Shown in pieces: positions 12,701 through 21,230 of a DNA stretch of 38,642 nt. The translations under genes and the position numbers were made by a program. The notes under the pieces were generated by a model. It saw nothing but the letters and a program-made list of their open reading frames with translations, was not told where the DNA came from and ran no database searches. Positions within the stretch are counted from its first letter, which is position 1, and each line of letters opens with the position of its first letter. The stretch comes from Macrostomum lignano (Eukaryota). The stretch covers positions 1 to 38,642 of the forward strand of contig NIVC01003612.1 in NCBI GenBank assembly GCA_002269645.1. Reading direction: 5' to 3'.

Positions 12701-15700
12701 CACCCGTTCATCAGAATGTTTCTCTCCACCACCGTCTTGCCAAGCAGCAGCCGACCACGCCAGCCTCCCCAAGCGAGGCCAGACGTACAGAACTGATCAG
12801 CTTCTGACCAAGCGACTTCTGACTCCTCTCGGTGCCAGCAAAAGCCTGTCAGTCCCCGCATCCAGCCAGGCGGGCAGGCTGAAAACAAGTTGAAAATAGG
12901 TGTATTGATCTGATTGCTTATTTACTAGTCTAGCGATGTGCAATCGTGCAGTTCTGATAGACAGTGTCAGATCCTAGGAGATACAGTATGCAAAACCATC
13001 GGGTTGCTCTGCTCTACAGCTCAACAGTAATTTGGATTAATTGGTGGAAAAATCTGGGGCCTCTGCGACTGCTTCCAGATACGAGTACAGTGAGGTAGCT
13101 GAGTTAAAAACTCTGGCAGGTAGGCTTGCATATGACCAGTGGATTCTACAGTCCATATCAGTTACTTGCTTTCGAGGTGTGGTCCGTTCATCACTTCTGG
13201 GACGGTAGAGGGAGGCGAGGGTAGAGGTTAATCATGCATTGGTGCAGATCTGCAGCAGCAGGTGCTCTGCCAGCCGCTTATGGCACAGACCATAGGAAGG
13301 AATACAAGGCCATTTTTCCGCCCGTAGAACTACCGAGGGGGGGTCTGAAGATGCTAACGGCGTCGGAGTGATAACGGAATGCTTGAGAGACTAGCTGAGT
13401 ATGTCCAGCAGTTGAGGTTTGTCCACTGTCGAGGCTTGATCAGCGAAACTAGCGAAATTCGCGTCAGGGTTGTCCATAGTAACCTGGTGCCACCTGTTGA
13501 ATGTCCATATGCTCCGCCTGGGTGAAGGCCAGTGTACAACGAAGTCAGAGCTGATGCAGACACATGTGGTCAACGTGCTGATGAAATTTGAAGGCTTCGC
13601 AAGGCTGCACTGGGGCGTATGGGTGTAATGAATACGCTAGCGCTTATGGGAAAAATCCGACCTTCTGGCAGAATCGTTGAATATCTCGACGGTCCGGAAG
13701 CTGGCGACTTTATTCTTGTTTAAGAAGGTGCGGAACAAAAAGTTAGCCAGCATGAATCGTGTGAATGAATCTCCCCTGGTTTAATTTGCACCTTTGGCTC
13801 AACTCATACGTTTGCAATTAAGTACCTCTGCAACTGGTCTGACCCCAGTCATAGACGGCTGGCAGAGCACTTGCTGCTGCATAGCTGCGCCAATGCATGA
13901 TTTGAGTGAGTGCTTGCAGCATCAACTAGGCTGCAAGACCCCGGCCCAGGAATCACCACCAATCAGCCTATCCGACATTAGCTTCTGGCTAAAAATCCAA
14001 CGAATAGTTTAGAGATGAGGATTCTACCGGATTAATTACGCTACATGGGTTAAATTGTTTCACTAGCAACGTGAAGGCAAAGATAATTGATGCAAGCTCA
14101 ACAGTACTCTCCCAGCAAAAAGGGCATGTCAATTCTGAACTTACTCTCTATGGCGCAGCCAGTCAGACTGTCAATTCCAGTCACGGCCGATGTCGGAGAC
14201 AGGTGGATCTGTAGCTGCACGGGTGTTAGAATAAACGGCACGACAAAGCGTTCGTCCGCGTAAGTGACGGGGAACTGGAACAAAGTGCGTATTTGCAATG
14301 TGAAACATTGAACTGAAGTGCATTTCTTAGGGGAAGTTGTGTATATTGGTACATGTACCTAATCCGGGACGCATTATTAAGCGCCTGACATAGGCGCGCA
14401 TTTATGAACAGCTGTCAGTGACACAAGCGTGCATTTATGAACAGCTGTCAGTGACACAAGCGCACATTTATAAACAGCTGTCAGTGACACAATCGTGCAT
14501 TTATAAACAGCTGTCAGTGACACAAGCGCGCATTCATAAACAGCTGTCAGTGACACAAGCGTGCATTTATGAACAGCTGTCAGTGACACAAGCGCACATT
14601 TATAAACAGCTGTCAGTGACACAATCGTGCATTTATAAACAGCTGTCAGTGACACAAGCGCACATTCATAAACAGCTGTCAGTGACACAAGCGCGCATTC
14701 ATAAACAGCTGTCAGTGACACAAGCGCGCATTCATAAACAGCTGTCAGTGACACAAGCGCGCATTCATAAACAGCTGTCAGTGACACAAGCGCGCATTTA
14801 TAAACAGCTGTCAGTGACACAAGCGCGCATTTATAAACAGCTGTCAGTGACACAAGCGCGCATTTATAAACAGCTGTCAGTGACACAAGCTCGCATTTAT
14901 AAACAGCTGTCAGTGACACAAGCGCGCATTTATAAACAGCTGTCAGTGACACAAGCGCGCATTCATAAACAGCTGTCAGTGACACAAGCGCGCATTTATA
15001 AACAGCTGTCAGTGACACAAGCGCGCATTCATAAACAGCTGTCAGTGACACAAGCGCGCATTTATAAACAGCTGTCAGTGACACAAGCGCGTATCTGAAT
15101 ACTGCAGCTTAAAGTTAGAATAAGAAGCAACCGCTTTTTTCAGCTCTCCCATCAAGTCAGTGCAGTTAGCGCTGGGTGGTTGGGGACTTCTAACAATAGA
15201 GTGCGTCGAGTTTGCCACTTTTTGGCTGGCAGGGTTATGCCGAAGCCCGAGGCTGCTGGTTTTACTTCTGCCAGGCTGTCGTCAGCAGTGGTCTGACATG
15301 CAGTGGTCTGACATGCAGTGGTCTTCAGCCGTTCATCAGCCGCAGTGCTTTGGACCAGAGAGTAACACAGTGGCTGCTGAAGTTTCTGGCCCCACCTTTG
15401 TTGCCTGAGGTTGAGATCGCCAGTGCTGTCGAGGTTCTGGGGTCAGTGCCGGTCGGCCTGTCGGGAGCAGCGCAGACCTGCACTGTCCCGCGTTTATCGG
15501 TACATCATGCGCTTCTGTTTCACCCGTAAAATTGCCTGCGCGCTTATGCCAGTGCGCGCTTCTGTACCGACTAGCAAAAAGAGACACATGCGTGCTAATG
15601 TGATGCGCGCTTATTCAACCCCACCATCAAATCTTTCGAAGCCCCAATCTTTAGGAAAATGCAGCAGAAACATACCAGATAGAGGCTGGAGTTCCAAGCG

Positions 15701-18315
15701 TGAGTCAGGTTCTCGGCTGGCTCTCCGAGCACTTTCTGATAGGATAGCCAGAAGTTTGGCTCAGCCGAAAGACCTCGCAGTACGAAGCTGGTCAGGTAGT
15801 AAATTCGTGTGAAGTTCAGCATCACCAGCGTCTCCTGGGCGGTCTTGGTAATCGACGAAGTGTACTCAGCAGTCGGGATGCCGGGGCAGGCTGTGAGTGA
15901 TTTATCACAAAAAAATTATTTCTAGATGCAGTCATTAAGTTTTGTTCTGAAAAGCTGTAGCAAACTTTCCGGTAGCAAAAGCATTACCTGTAGTACTCGG
16001 ATACCCGACCAAATCCAGCTGCAGGACGCAGGCCGTCTGGCATGTCGCAACTTCGAAGAGCGCCAGCTGGGTTACCATGGACACTTCCAAGGGCACAAAA
16101 CTTGGAGTGCTGGCATCGGCGTAGAAGACAGAAAAGGTTTTCTGAAAGAAAGCATGCAAATGTAAAACCTTTGTAGCATAATAACTGACTTGAAATGGCA
16201 GAAAAACTTCTCAAGTGATGTTCTCTATTATATGCCAACTGGCTTAGCTATATTTGCTAGCTTATGTTAGCACATGGTGTCTGTTACCTAGTATGTCTAG
16301 TATGTCTAGTATGTCTAGTATGTCTAGTATGTCTAGTATGTCTAGTATGTCTAGTATGTCTAGTATGTCTAGTATGTCTAGTATGTCTAGTATGTCTAGT
16401 ATGTCTAGTATATCTGGCATGTCGACTCTGTGCCTTGGGGGTCGGCTCTCATAGTTTTGCATCGCACGACGACCCCCGGCTAATTTTCGTGCACAAGCCC
16501 CAATTAAATTATTGTAGCTGCGAACGGAACCCAACCAGGGATCGTGGAGCTGCTCCGCCCCTACAGTCGATCCTCTCATCGATCCTCTCAAAAGTTCAGT
16601 GTGTAGCAGTTTTGGACAACTGTACTACTCTTACAAAACAAAAAGCCACAAGTGCTTGATGACGGCATTGTAAATGGTGAGGGCAGGCCACTCGAAATGT
16701 CTGCTTCCTCTTTAAAGCGTTTTGTATATCTCTTATGTTAGGCGGGGGTTCAACTAAATCGGCCAGAATCGGGGAATCGGCGAGAATCGCGAGCCTGGGA
16801 ACGGCGCATTCCGTTGATGTGGACATTTTGAAGGGGTTGCGTGGGGGTTATTAAAACGCGATGATTTATCATCTATTATTCAATCTTGCTTGCAACTAGT
16901 GAATATATTTATACAGAGCTACATGTGTCACTCATTTATTCAAAATCTAATCACTAATATGTTTGTCTGAGGAAGATTATAATTAGTGGAAGGCTGAGGG
17001 TAAGAAATTATTAATCATAAGTAAGTTCCTAGCTTGTGGCCGACTAGAAACTTTTACTCACAGGCGAGCCGGATCCTCCCATGATGTACACGGTGGAGCC
17101 TGAGGTCAGGTAGGACTTCGTGGTTGAGTAGCCCGCCTTGAAGCTGGTCACCCGTCCTGCCGGACTAGTCGAACGAGACATGTTGCCATAGACCAGAAAG
17201 CCGGTGACGTTGAAGTCGAATGGAAAGTAGATCCACACGGGCATCTCTGTCAGGTAAGCACCCTGGATGAAGGGCCCAGAGGCTGTGGCAGTCAGCATCA
17301 GGGAGTTCTGGCCCTGGTTCGCTACTGTGGACTTGGGGATGGCCCAGGCTGCCGGCATGTAGCGGCCGAGACCGGCTGGCGACTGGCTGAGTTTGTCGAG
17401 CTGAGCCGGACCTAAAGAATCAACGAGGTCGTGACTTCTTGAGATTGCCTTCATTAACACAATTTTGCACCCTGAGATTGAACAAAGATTGAAGGATTCT
17501 TTATCTATTAAATACTACCGCTAAGCATCTTTCGTCATTTCATGCAGTTTTAATAACAACATAGTGCTACACACTCAATGTACCCTTGGCTGTACCAGAA
17601 ATGTCAGATCGGCACAAGTCAAGAATCCTACCTCAGACAAAAATTAGGATAGATGCGAAAAGCAAATGTGATTGCGTTCTTACTTCGTTAAGAGGCTTAG
17701 AATATTTAGCGAAGAAAGTTAAAAGCACCAAGTGTTCAATTGCCAGTGGGAAGAATTAACTAAGAATGAGCTAACACTTAATGCTAAATTTAGCAACAGA
17801 CGGTCTTATCTGTTAACTGCGTTTAAATCTGTAATACAAATTATTTAAACGGTCGTAAAAGTCGGAAGGGAGAGTATAAACCGAGGCGAGATCCAGGCTA
17901 GCTCGTCGTATATTTGAAATTAAAAGAACTGGGCCTCTTCGTGCGCCTCGCCCTCGTAGAGGCCTGAGATATCGATCGTGCAACTAATATACGAACCGCT
18001 CTAAATAGATTGTGCACACACTAGAACAAAATAAAACGGCCCAATTGGGGGCCACCACACGCAAAAAGTTACATAGAATGATTGAAGAGATAGGGAAGGA
18101 TACGATTAGTTGTCAGTTTATATGGATAAATCTGACACTAAGTTTGATCTCAAGGATCCCATTGACACCGTAGGTCTTTCATTTTTAGCAGTTATTTTTT
18201 AGAGATAAAATGCAATCACAGGCATACCAATATTCTGGGCGCTGACGCACAGAGCCAAGAATGCCGACAGAAGCCAGCAAATGGGGCCAGCGAAGGTGCA
18301 CGGTGACTGCACCAT
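411..18315 (-). CDS. Multi-exon gene for a secreted mosaic lectin-like protein (F5/8C, C-type lectin, kringle-like, FTP-like and FAMeT-like domains); 3' end not resolved in the window
   Basis: 24 exons with GT(GC)-AG boundaries and matching phases, 4655 coding nt in total. Exons 1-19 (18315 to 4895) splice into one open frame starting with a signal peptide. Exons 20, 22 and 24 are each 1 nt short. The last exon ends in phase 2 in the middle of a C-type lectin domain. Confidence 0.85.
798..991 (-). CDS. Lectin gene exon 23: divergent F5/8C domain 5, N-terminal part (paralogue of exon 4)
   Basis: LSVTFSSFYHLSRIAV...LSFYITYEVDGEP; tandem NAGNAG acceptor (start 991 or 988), donor /GTAAGA; phase 1 to 0. 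Confidence 0.7.
1084..1233 (-). CDS. Lectin gene exon 22: F5/8C domain 4, C-terminal part (paralogue of exon 3), 1 nt short
   Basis: VSFDGQK, then after a frameshift ETARVNFQRSILAKLVQVKV...LKIDLVGYP; acceptor cttaacatttag, donor G/GTGAGT; 150 nt versus 154 and 151 nt for the paralogous phase 0-1 exons. Confidence 0.7.
1903..1977 (-). mobile_element. Degenerate tRNA-like head, possible SINE fragment
   Basis: Minus strand gtggctggatggcagagtg...gggctcgattcc resembles Pol III A and B boxes. Confidence 0.3.
2332..2696 (-). CDS. Lectin gene exon 21: F5/8C domain 4, N-terminal part (paralogue of exon 2)
   Basis: DWLSLYLPYTYALTGLLIRGG...MVTSFQVFYSAD; donor /GTAAGT; phase 1 to 0. Confidence 0.85.
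3071..3169 (-). CDS. Lectin gene exon 20: discoidin/FTP C-terminal part, apparently 1 nt short
   Basis: Begins VARMLV in phase 0 and ends CTPDCTLKITELEIYGNPL in another frame; acceptor ttttgcatttaag, donor A/GTGAGC. Confidence 0.65.
3345..3570 (-). mobile_element. Decayed 3' fragment of a non-LTR retrotransposon ORF2
   Basis: ENKTCPKCHMGIESEVHFLFKC is the CxxC..E.E.HFL..C (CCHC) motif, followed after a frameshift by EEKVFYLMN. Confidence 0.55.
3597..4049. repeat. Minisatellite, 35-bp unit, about 13 copies
   Basis: Unit atttcgctactcgtcaatgttgacagtttcacatg. Confidence 0.95.
4490..4763. mobile_element. MITE-like non-autonomous DNA element
   Basis: Terminal inverted repeats aggggcgtcgcca and tggcgacgctcct; a related inverted end occurs at 25291-25380. 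Confidence 0.55.
4895..5034 (-). CDS. Lectin gene exon 19
   Basis: Strong acceptor ttgtcttctttgtttcag, donor /GTGAGG; open in phase 1 to 0 (NLASKEKNVYLATF...VNVGM). Confidence 0.65.
5131..5396 (-). mobile_element. tRNA-derived SINE, copy 1
   Basis: Minus-strand head gagttgTAGCCCAGTGGtcagagcg...GGTTCGATTCC (A and B boxes), core ccttgagcaagacacttaac...cccagctgtaaaatggg; highly similar to 8986-9255. Confidence 0.85.
5422..5640 (-). CDS. Lectin gene exon 18: second FTP/discoidin-like domain, N-terminal part
   Basis: AGPWIAVDFVSLRYIEFALVFG; acceptor ttttgcttcttcag, donor A/GTAAGC; phase 1 to 1. Confidence 0.8.
5723..5873 (-). CDS. Lectin gene exon 17: F5/8C domain 3, C-terminal part
   Basis: MFRMYRVSFYYRWESRWMLYGC; donor A/GTATGA; 151 nt; phase 0 to 1. 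Confidence 0.8.
6004..6144 (-). CDS. Lectin gene exon 16: middle of F5/8C domain 3
   Basis: VTAFVLATQSG...YLILSHSTDGESFVPYPL matches VTAxxTQG...LxYSxDG; donor /GTAAGA; phase 0 to 0. Confidence 0.85.
6245..6327 (-). CDS. Lectin gene exon 15: start of F5/8C domain 3, followed by a GC-AG intron
   Basis: DRQIGIWSP...SYDQYIQ joins in frame to VSFLNSVTAFVLATQSG only through the donor CAG/GCAAGA. Confidence 0.7.
6405..6735 (-). CDS. Lectin gene exon 14: FAMeT-like domain, C-terminal part
   Basis: RWEISIGGNG...DYQSLQLVWTQLGVDVSIGG...IQTVGYTT resembles YEIxIGG...FWIxW...IxYVGFST; donor A/GTAAGT; phase 0 to 1. Confidence 0.8.
7053..7658. mobile_element. MITE with about 85-bp inverted termini
   Basis: 7053-7139 (gacaacttaatc...gttctatggcta) is the reverse complement of 7574-7658. 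Confidence 0.8.
7368..7559. mobile_element. Smaller MITE nested inside the 7053-7658 element
   Basis: TIRs ggccgtatgcagaaagct and agctttctgcatccggcc; internal ctagtc/gactag repeats. Confidence 0.65.
7703..7878 (-). CDS. Lectin gene exon 13: FAMeT-like (Methyltransf_FA-like) domain, N-terminal part
   Basis: TLKMFARLRNSGLKLWLTN; acceptor aacctgcag, donor /GTAAGT; phase 1 to 0. Confidence 0.8.
7979..8206 (-). CDS. Lectin gene exon 12: fucolectin/FTP-like domain, C-terminal part
   Basis: LNNFTVKVS...LCY...KFWCERPIAGRYVAF is the C..C...GRYV motif; acceptor ctggtttcag, donor G/GTTAGT; phase 1 to 1. Confidence 0.85.
8227..8880. mobile_element. Probable non-autonomous DNA transposon with subterminal tgagcaattnctc repeats
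   Basis: Ends ggcc(a/tg)tatgaataaa and tttatacgggc; many direct and inverted tgagcaa(t/c)tgctc motifs. Confidence 0.4.
8986..9255 (-). mobile_element. tRNA-derived SINE, copy 2
   Basis: Collinear, highly similar copy of 5131-5396. Confidence 0.85.
9308..9541 (-). CDS. Lectin gene exon 11: fucolectin/FTP-like domain, N-terminal part
   Basis: HYWRLIADLKSSHQILSGEIYF resembles PWWxVDL..I..V; acceptor aattgcag, donor T/GTGAGC; phase 1 to 1. Confidence 0.75.
9801..9932 (-). CDS. Lectin gene exon 10: truncated kringle-like module
   Basis: KCTVTGDDYEFYDYGVTMTQSGRACQAW carries the kringle TxSGxxCQxW signature; donor G/GTGGGC; phase 1 to 1. Confidence 0.75.
10746..10868 (-). CDS. Lectin gene exon 9
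   Basis: GCALPLFNQKDSQLEVRFDASSS...LAYE; acceptor aacaattcag, donor G/GTTAGA; phase 1 to 1. Confidence 0.65.
10969..11223 (-). CDS. Lectin gene exon 8: linker or divergent discoidin-like segment
   Basis: Open frame DHVTDTHEV...VFPIRK; acceptor ggctttcag, donor G/GTACAA; phase 1 to 1; domain identity uncertain. Confidence 0.65.
11301..11555. repeat. Minisatellite, 16-bp unit, about 16 copies
   Basis: Unit gatatgaagtgtcgga. Confidence 0.95.
11682..11905 (-). CDS. Lectin gene exon 7: C-type lectin domain 1, C-terminal half
   Basis: YHVGLRRNSTTNKWLWSDG...DCAALD...VPCTSKLHFICQ; donor G/GTATGT; phase 2 to 1. This frame is not in the supplied ORF track. Confidence 0.9.
12704..12878 (-). CDS. Lectin gene exon 6: C-type lectin domain 1, N-terminal half
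   Basis: CPPGWMRGLTGFCWHREESEVAWSEADQFC is the CPxGW..C..W..A..FC motif; acceptor ttgttttcag, donor GG/GTGAGC; phase 1 to 2. Confidence 0.9.
13230..13902. mobile_element. Element bounded by 47-bp inverted repeats
   Basis: 13230-13276 is the reverse complement of 13856-13902 with 4 mismatches; no target-site duplication identified. Confidence 0.55.
14145..14274 (-). CDS. Lectin gene exon 5: F5/8C domain 2, C-terminal part
   Basis: FPVTYADERFVVPFILTPVQLQIH...LTGCAIE; acceptor ctttgttccag, donor A/GTAAGT; phase 0 to 1. Confidence 0.8.
14394..15094. repeat. Minisatellite, 33-bp unit, about 21 copies
   Basis: Unit gcgcgcatttataaacagctgtcagtgacacaa. Confidence 0.95.
15236..15440 (+). mobile_element. 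Mutator-like (MULE) transposase remnant
   Basis: GCWFYFCQAV and QWLLKFLAPPLLPEVEIASAVEVL resemble the MULE motifs GCxFHFCQA and WxRKLMALPLLP; the expected His is Tyr and there is no intact ORF. Confidence 0.55.
15676..15890 (-). CDS. Lectin gene exon 4: divergent F5/8C domain 2, N-terminal part
   Basis: LVMLNFTRIYYLTSFVLRG...NFWLSYQKVLGEP; acceptor cactcacag, donor /GTATGT; phase 1 to 0; 97-nt intron upstream. Confidence 0.8.
15988..16141 (-). CDS. Lectin gene exon 3: F5/8C domain 1, C-terminal part
   Basis: KTFSVFYADASTPSFVPL...VLQLDLVGYP; acceptor ctttctttcag, donor G/GTAATG; phase 0 to 1. Confidence 0.8.
16288..16415. repeat. 9-bp tandem repeat, about 14 copies
   Basis: (ctagtatgt)n. 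Confidence 0.95.
17062..17411 (-). CDS. Lectin gene exon 2: F5/8 type C (discoidin) domain 1, N-terminal part
   Basis: VWIYFPFDFNVTGFLVYG...RVTSFKAGYS matches the F5/8C pattern; acceptor tctttag, donor /GTGAGT; phase 1 to 0. Confidence 0.85.
18228..18315 (-). CDS. Lectin gene exon 1: signal peptide
   Basis: MVQSPCTFAGPICWLLSAFLALCVSA-QNI has a hydrophobic core and a small-residue cleavage site; donor G/GTATGC, phase 1. Confidence 0.8.
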
Positions 18316-18419
18316 TGCCTGCTTTTTTCTCGCAATCGGTTTGACTGTATTTAAAATATGCGGATGCTACGCTATCCAGTTCAATCCTGTTTTTTTCTTT
18401 ACAGAGTTTGGCGTAAGCC

Positions 18420-18522
18420 TTTTTATACCGATAGATGGTTTTTTCATAAACACATTTTCATCAGCCCCGTACTCAGCAAGTGTTGCTGGTCAGAAAGCTA
18501 CTGATTCTGCTGGTCAGCCAAT
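18420..18522 (-). promoter_or_regulatory. Candidate core promoter of the lectin gene (TATA and CCAAT boxes)
   Basis: TATAAAAA on the minus strand at 18427-18420, about 105 nt before the ATG; CCAAT at 18518-18522. Confidence 0.4.
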
Positions 18523-18599
18523 CGGGCGCGGCTTCTCATTTGCAGCGATCCAGTAGTCAGTAGTTGCATGTCAATTTAGACTAAATTAGGCAGGGAATA

Positions 18600-18798
18600 G
18601 TCAAGGAGTTCTATAATTAGCAACCTGGAGTGGAAACGAGTTTTTCAGTTTTACCTCACGAGGCCAGAATAGCATAGACAGAGTCAGACAGAGCCATAGA
18701 CATTCAGTGCGCTGGCTTCTTATTCTTTACAATTGGCGTGGCCTCATGAGGTAAAACTCGTTTCCACTCCAGATTGCTAATTGTAGAAATCCTTGGAC
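18600..18798. mobile_element. TA-flanked MITE A (Tc1/mariner-type target)
   Basis: About 65-bp inverted arms gtcaagg...gaggcca and tggcctc...ccttggac; TA at 18598-18599 and 18799-18800. Confidence 0.8.
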
Positions 18799-18800
18799 TA

Positions 18801-18979
18801 CTCAATACTCGGGACGGGAAACGACAAAACTTGGAGGCCTATTTATTAATTGGATAGGTTTTTACCACAGACAAACTCGCTGACTACAAGGAGGAACCTA
18901 TCCAAGTAATGCTTTTCAACGACTAAGTTATTAATAGATCGGCCTCCAAGTTTTGTCGTTTCCCGTCTCGAGTATTGAA
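18801..18979. mobile_element. TA-flanked MITE B, abutting MITE A
   Basis: About 50-bp inverted arms ctcaatactcgggacgggaaacgacaaaacttggaggcc and ggcctccaagttttgtcgtttcccgtctcgagtattgaa; TA on both sides. Confidence 0.8.
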
Positions 18980-21230
18980 TAGTCCCTGAGCAGAGGCGGC
19001 TCTAGGAGGGTCAAGGGGGTCCGCTGACCTCCCGAAAGATTATAAAATGGTTTTTGACATTTTGATCTTTTGACCTTTAATCAATTAAAATGAAAACTGT
19101 CGCCTGTAATGTACCCCTGATGAAACGAGAAAATTCTGTGACCGCCCCTGCTTCTAAAGAATTAACATGCAGTTGCTGCCTACCAGATCGCTACAAATAC
19201 GAGCCTCATAGATATATTTTACTCATGTTATCTGTTTTTTTACTGATTTTGGATTTCCTGACTTGCATTGTCAGAAACTCCTCAGAGGCACAGAGACGTT
19301 CACTCAATATAAATAACAATTTGTAATGCACAGTAGTATTCTAGTCGGCTTCGTACACCGTTGCATTCAACTACCTGAGCAGCCAGCTTGCAGCTAGTGA
19401 TCATTGTTTGCGTAAATGGATTCCGCAGGCTAACAACTTAAATTAGAAATGTTCAGCGGATTTCCTAGAGTGCTTATACACAGGCTTCAGACATGGAACC
19501 ATTGCTATAACAACCTCGACCTCCTCTCTGCAGCCAAGAGCTACTTTTTTAGACTTCATCGCACGGAATTGCATCAATTATATAATGGCATAATTTCCGA
19601 TAGCGTGGAAGCAATTGCAGAGGGGGCTGCTGTTTAAAATGCCCTTAGGTAGAGGACACAGAGACAGGCGTCTGGAAGGCCGCACAGTCAGCCAGTTTTA
19701 GCTGGCCTGGGCAGCTGGATTATTTGCTAACTTTTTCTCCATCGGGTGTTGGCAGAATTGCAGACCTCTGGCAGCCAGGGCACAGGCTGTTTTATTCCCA
19801 GTCATCAATCAAGCGGTACCTGTTTGGCTGCGGCAGTGTCAGCTCATTATTACGATTATTACTGACAGTTATCCTTTGCTGTTAATTTTTTCCAGACAGA
19901 GACCTCCGATTCTCTACACAACCCACGGTACTGATGACCACGGATATGCTGACTGGAAGCATACTCAGCACTCCTCATTTGTGGTACAGACTGCCGTGTT
20001 GTGGCTAACCTCCAAAACCATCTATTTATACCTGCAGATGACTATGAAAAATTATGGCCTGGTGTACACCCTGCGTGCTTATCCGTGTGCTTAGGGTTAG
20101 GTTGCTTGACTGACTGGCTGTGGGTCGACTGTCGTTCCATCCCTAATTTACCGAAAACATACGCTTCAAAGACGCACTATGCTTTCACTTCCAGCAGCAA
20201 GTGTCAGGTAGCACTGTTATCATGCTGTGCCCGACGGATGTTAGACGATCAACCATGCATTTCCATGCAAAGTTGTGACTCTACTGAACTCTAAAATTTT
20301 GTAGAGAGTTATTAAACCATACCGTAATGCTCTACTTAAAGTAATATTCTAAGAAAGTCAATTTCTTTCAAAATGAGTCATATCTATTTTAGGAATCACG
20401 CGCAAACAGAATGATTTAGAACCCTACATTGTTTGATCAAGGAACCGGATTTCAACAGCTGTATTTGTTTAACTTCTTAAATGGTGATGCTCAAACATGC
20501 ATGACCGCTTAATCAAACATTTTTTACCTAAGTAAATACCCAATCCCAAACCGATTTTTCTCCAAAATTTTGCTATAAATATAAGTGAAAATTCGAGTAA
20601 AAAATTCAGACTCAGAGCGGTCTCTAAGAAGACTCCGAAGAAACAAGAAGACCAATCTTTGAGGGACCACACCTGTCCAATTGGTAAGCGTTTACCGGTT
20701 TCAGTTCTTTTATTGTTAGCGTTAATAAGTTGATTCATTCAGTTTACGAGAGCTGTTTATTGTCGACACAGTTGAGAAAGGCCTCCTTGTTTCCTAGGAT
20801 ATATTCCTAGAGGATTTATTGATTTAGTTGAGTTATCCGTTACGTTTCGGACGTAACGAAGAAGCCGCCCTTCAGGAGGACCTATCACAGAAAATTAGAG
20901 AATTCAATTGTTCATTAGGGCGCACGTTCGATTGTTAATTCCGAGCTCGAGGACCGTCACAAGAATTCTGATTCGCTCTCGTTTTGGTCGATTCACAGAT
21001 AAAAGTCAAGGACTCAAGAATACTCCAAATCGGCCGTCACTACTGCTCAGCCAAGTTAGACAGAGTCACACACACCGCAAGAACCAGAAGTCTACCAACC
21101 ACAAGAGGATCCGCCGCAGTAAGTTATTTGAACTGGTAAATACCTAGGCACTTGTTCCCCAGTGTCTAGAAGTGGGAGTTTTTGAGTGACTGATCACCAC
21201 TCTTAAACTCTTCAATTTCAGACCTGATTA

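Noticed and set aside
14377-15098. 235-aa and 226-aa ORFs on opposite strands
   Set aside because: The 33-bp unit keeps both frames open by arithmetic; intronic, no splice or domain support
16254-16659. MSS, ILD and VCL repeat ORFs
   Set aside because: 9-bp tandem repeat artefacts
16596-16826. Possible LINE RT fragment (EPPPNIRDIQNALKR), and a similar weak hint near 12250-12400
   Set aside because: Similarity too short to support without a profile search
19090-20294. Short plus-strand ORFs and splice-like sites between the two genes
   Set aside because: No recognisable domain or consistent exon chain; they could be 5' UTR exons but this is unsupported
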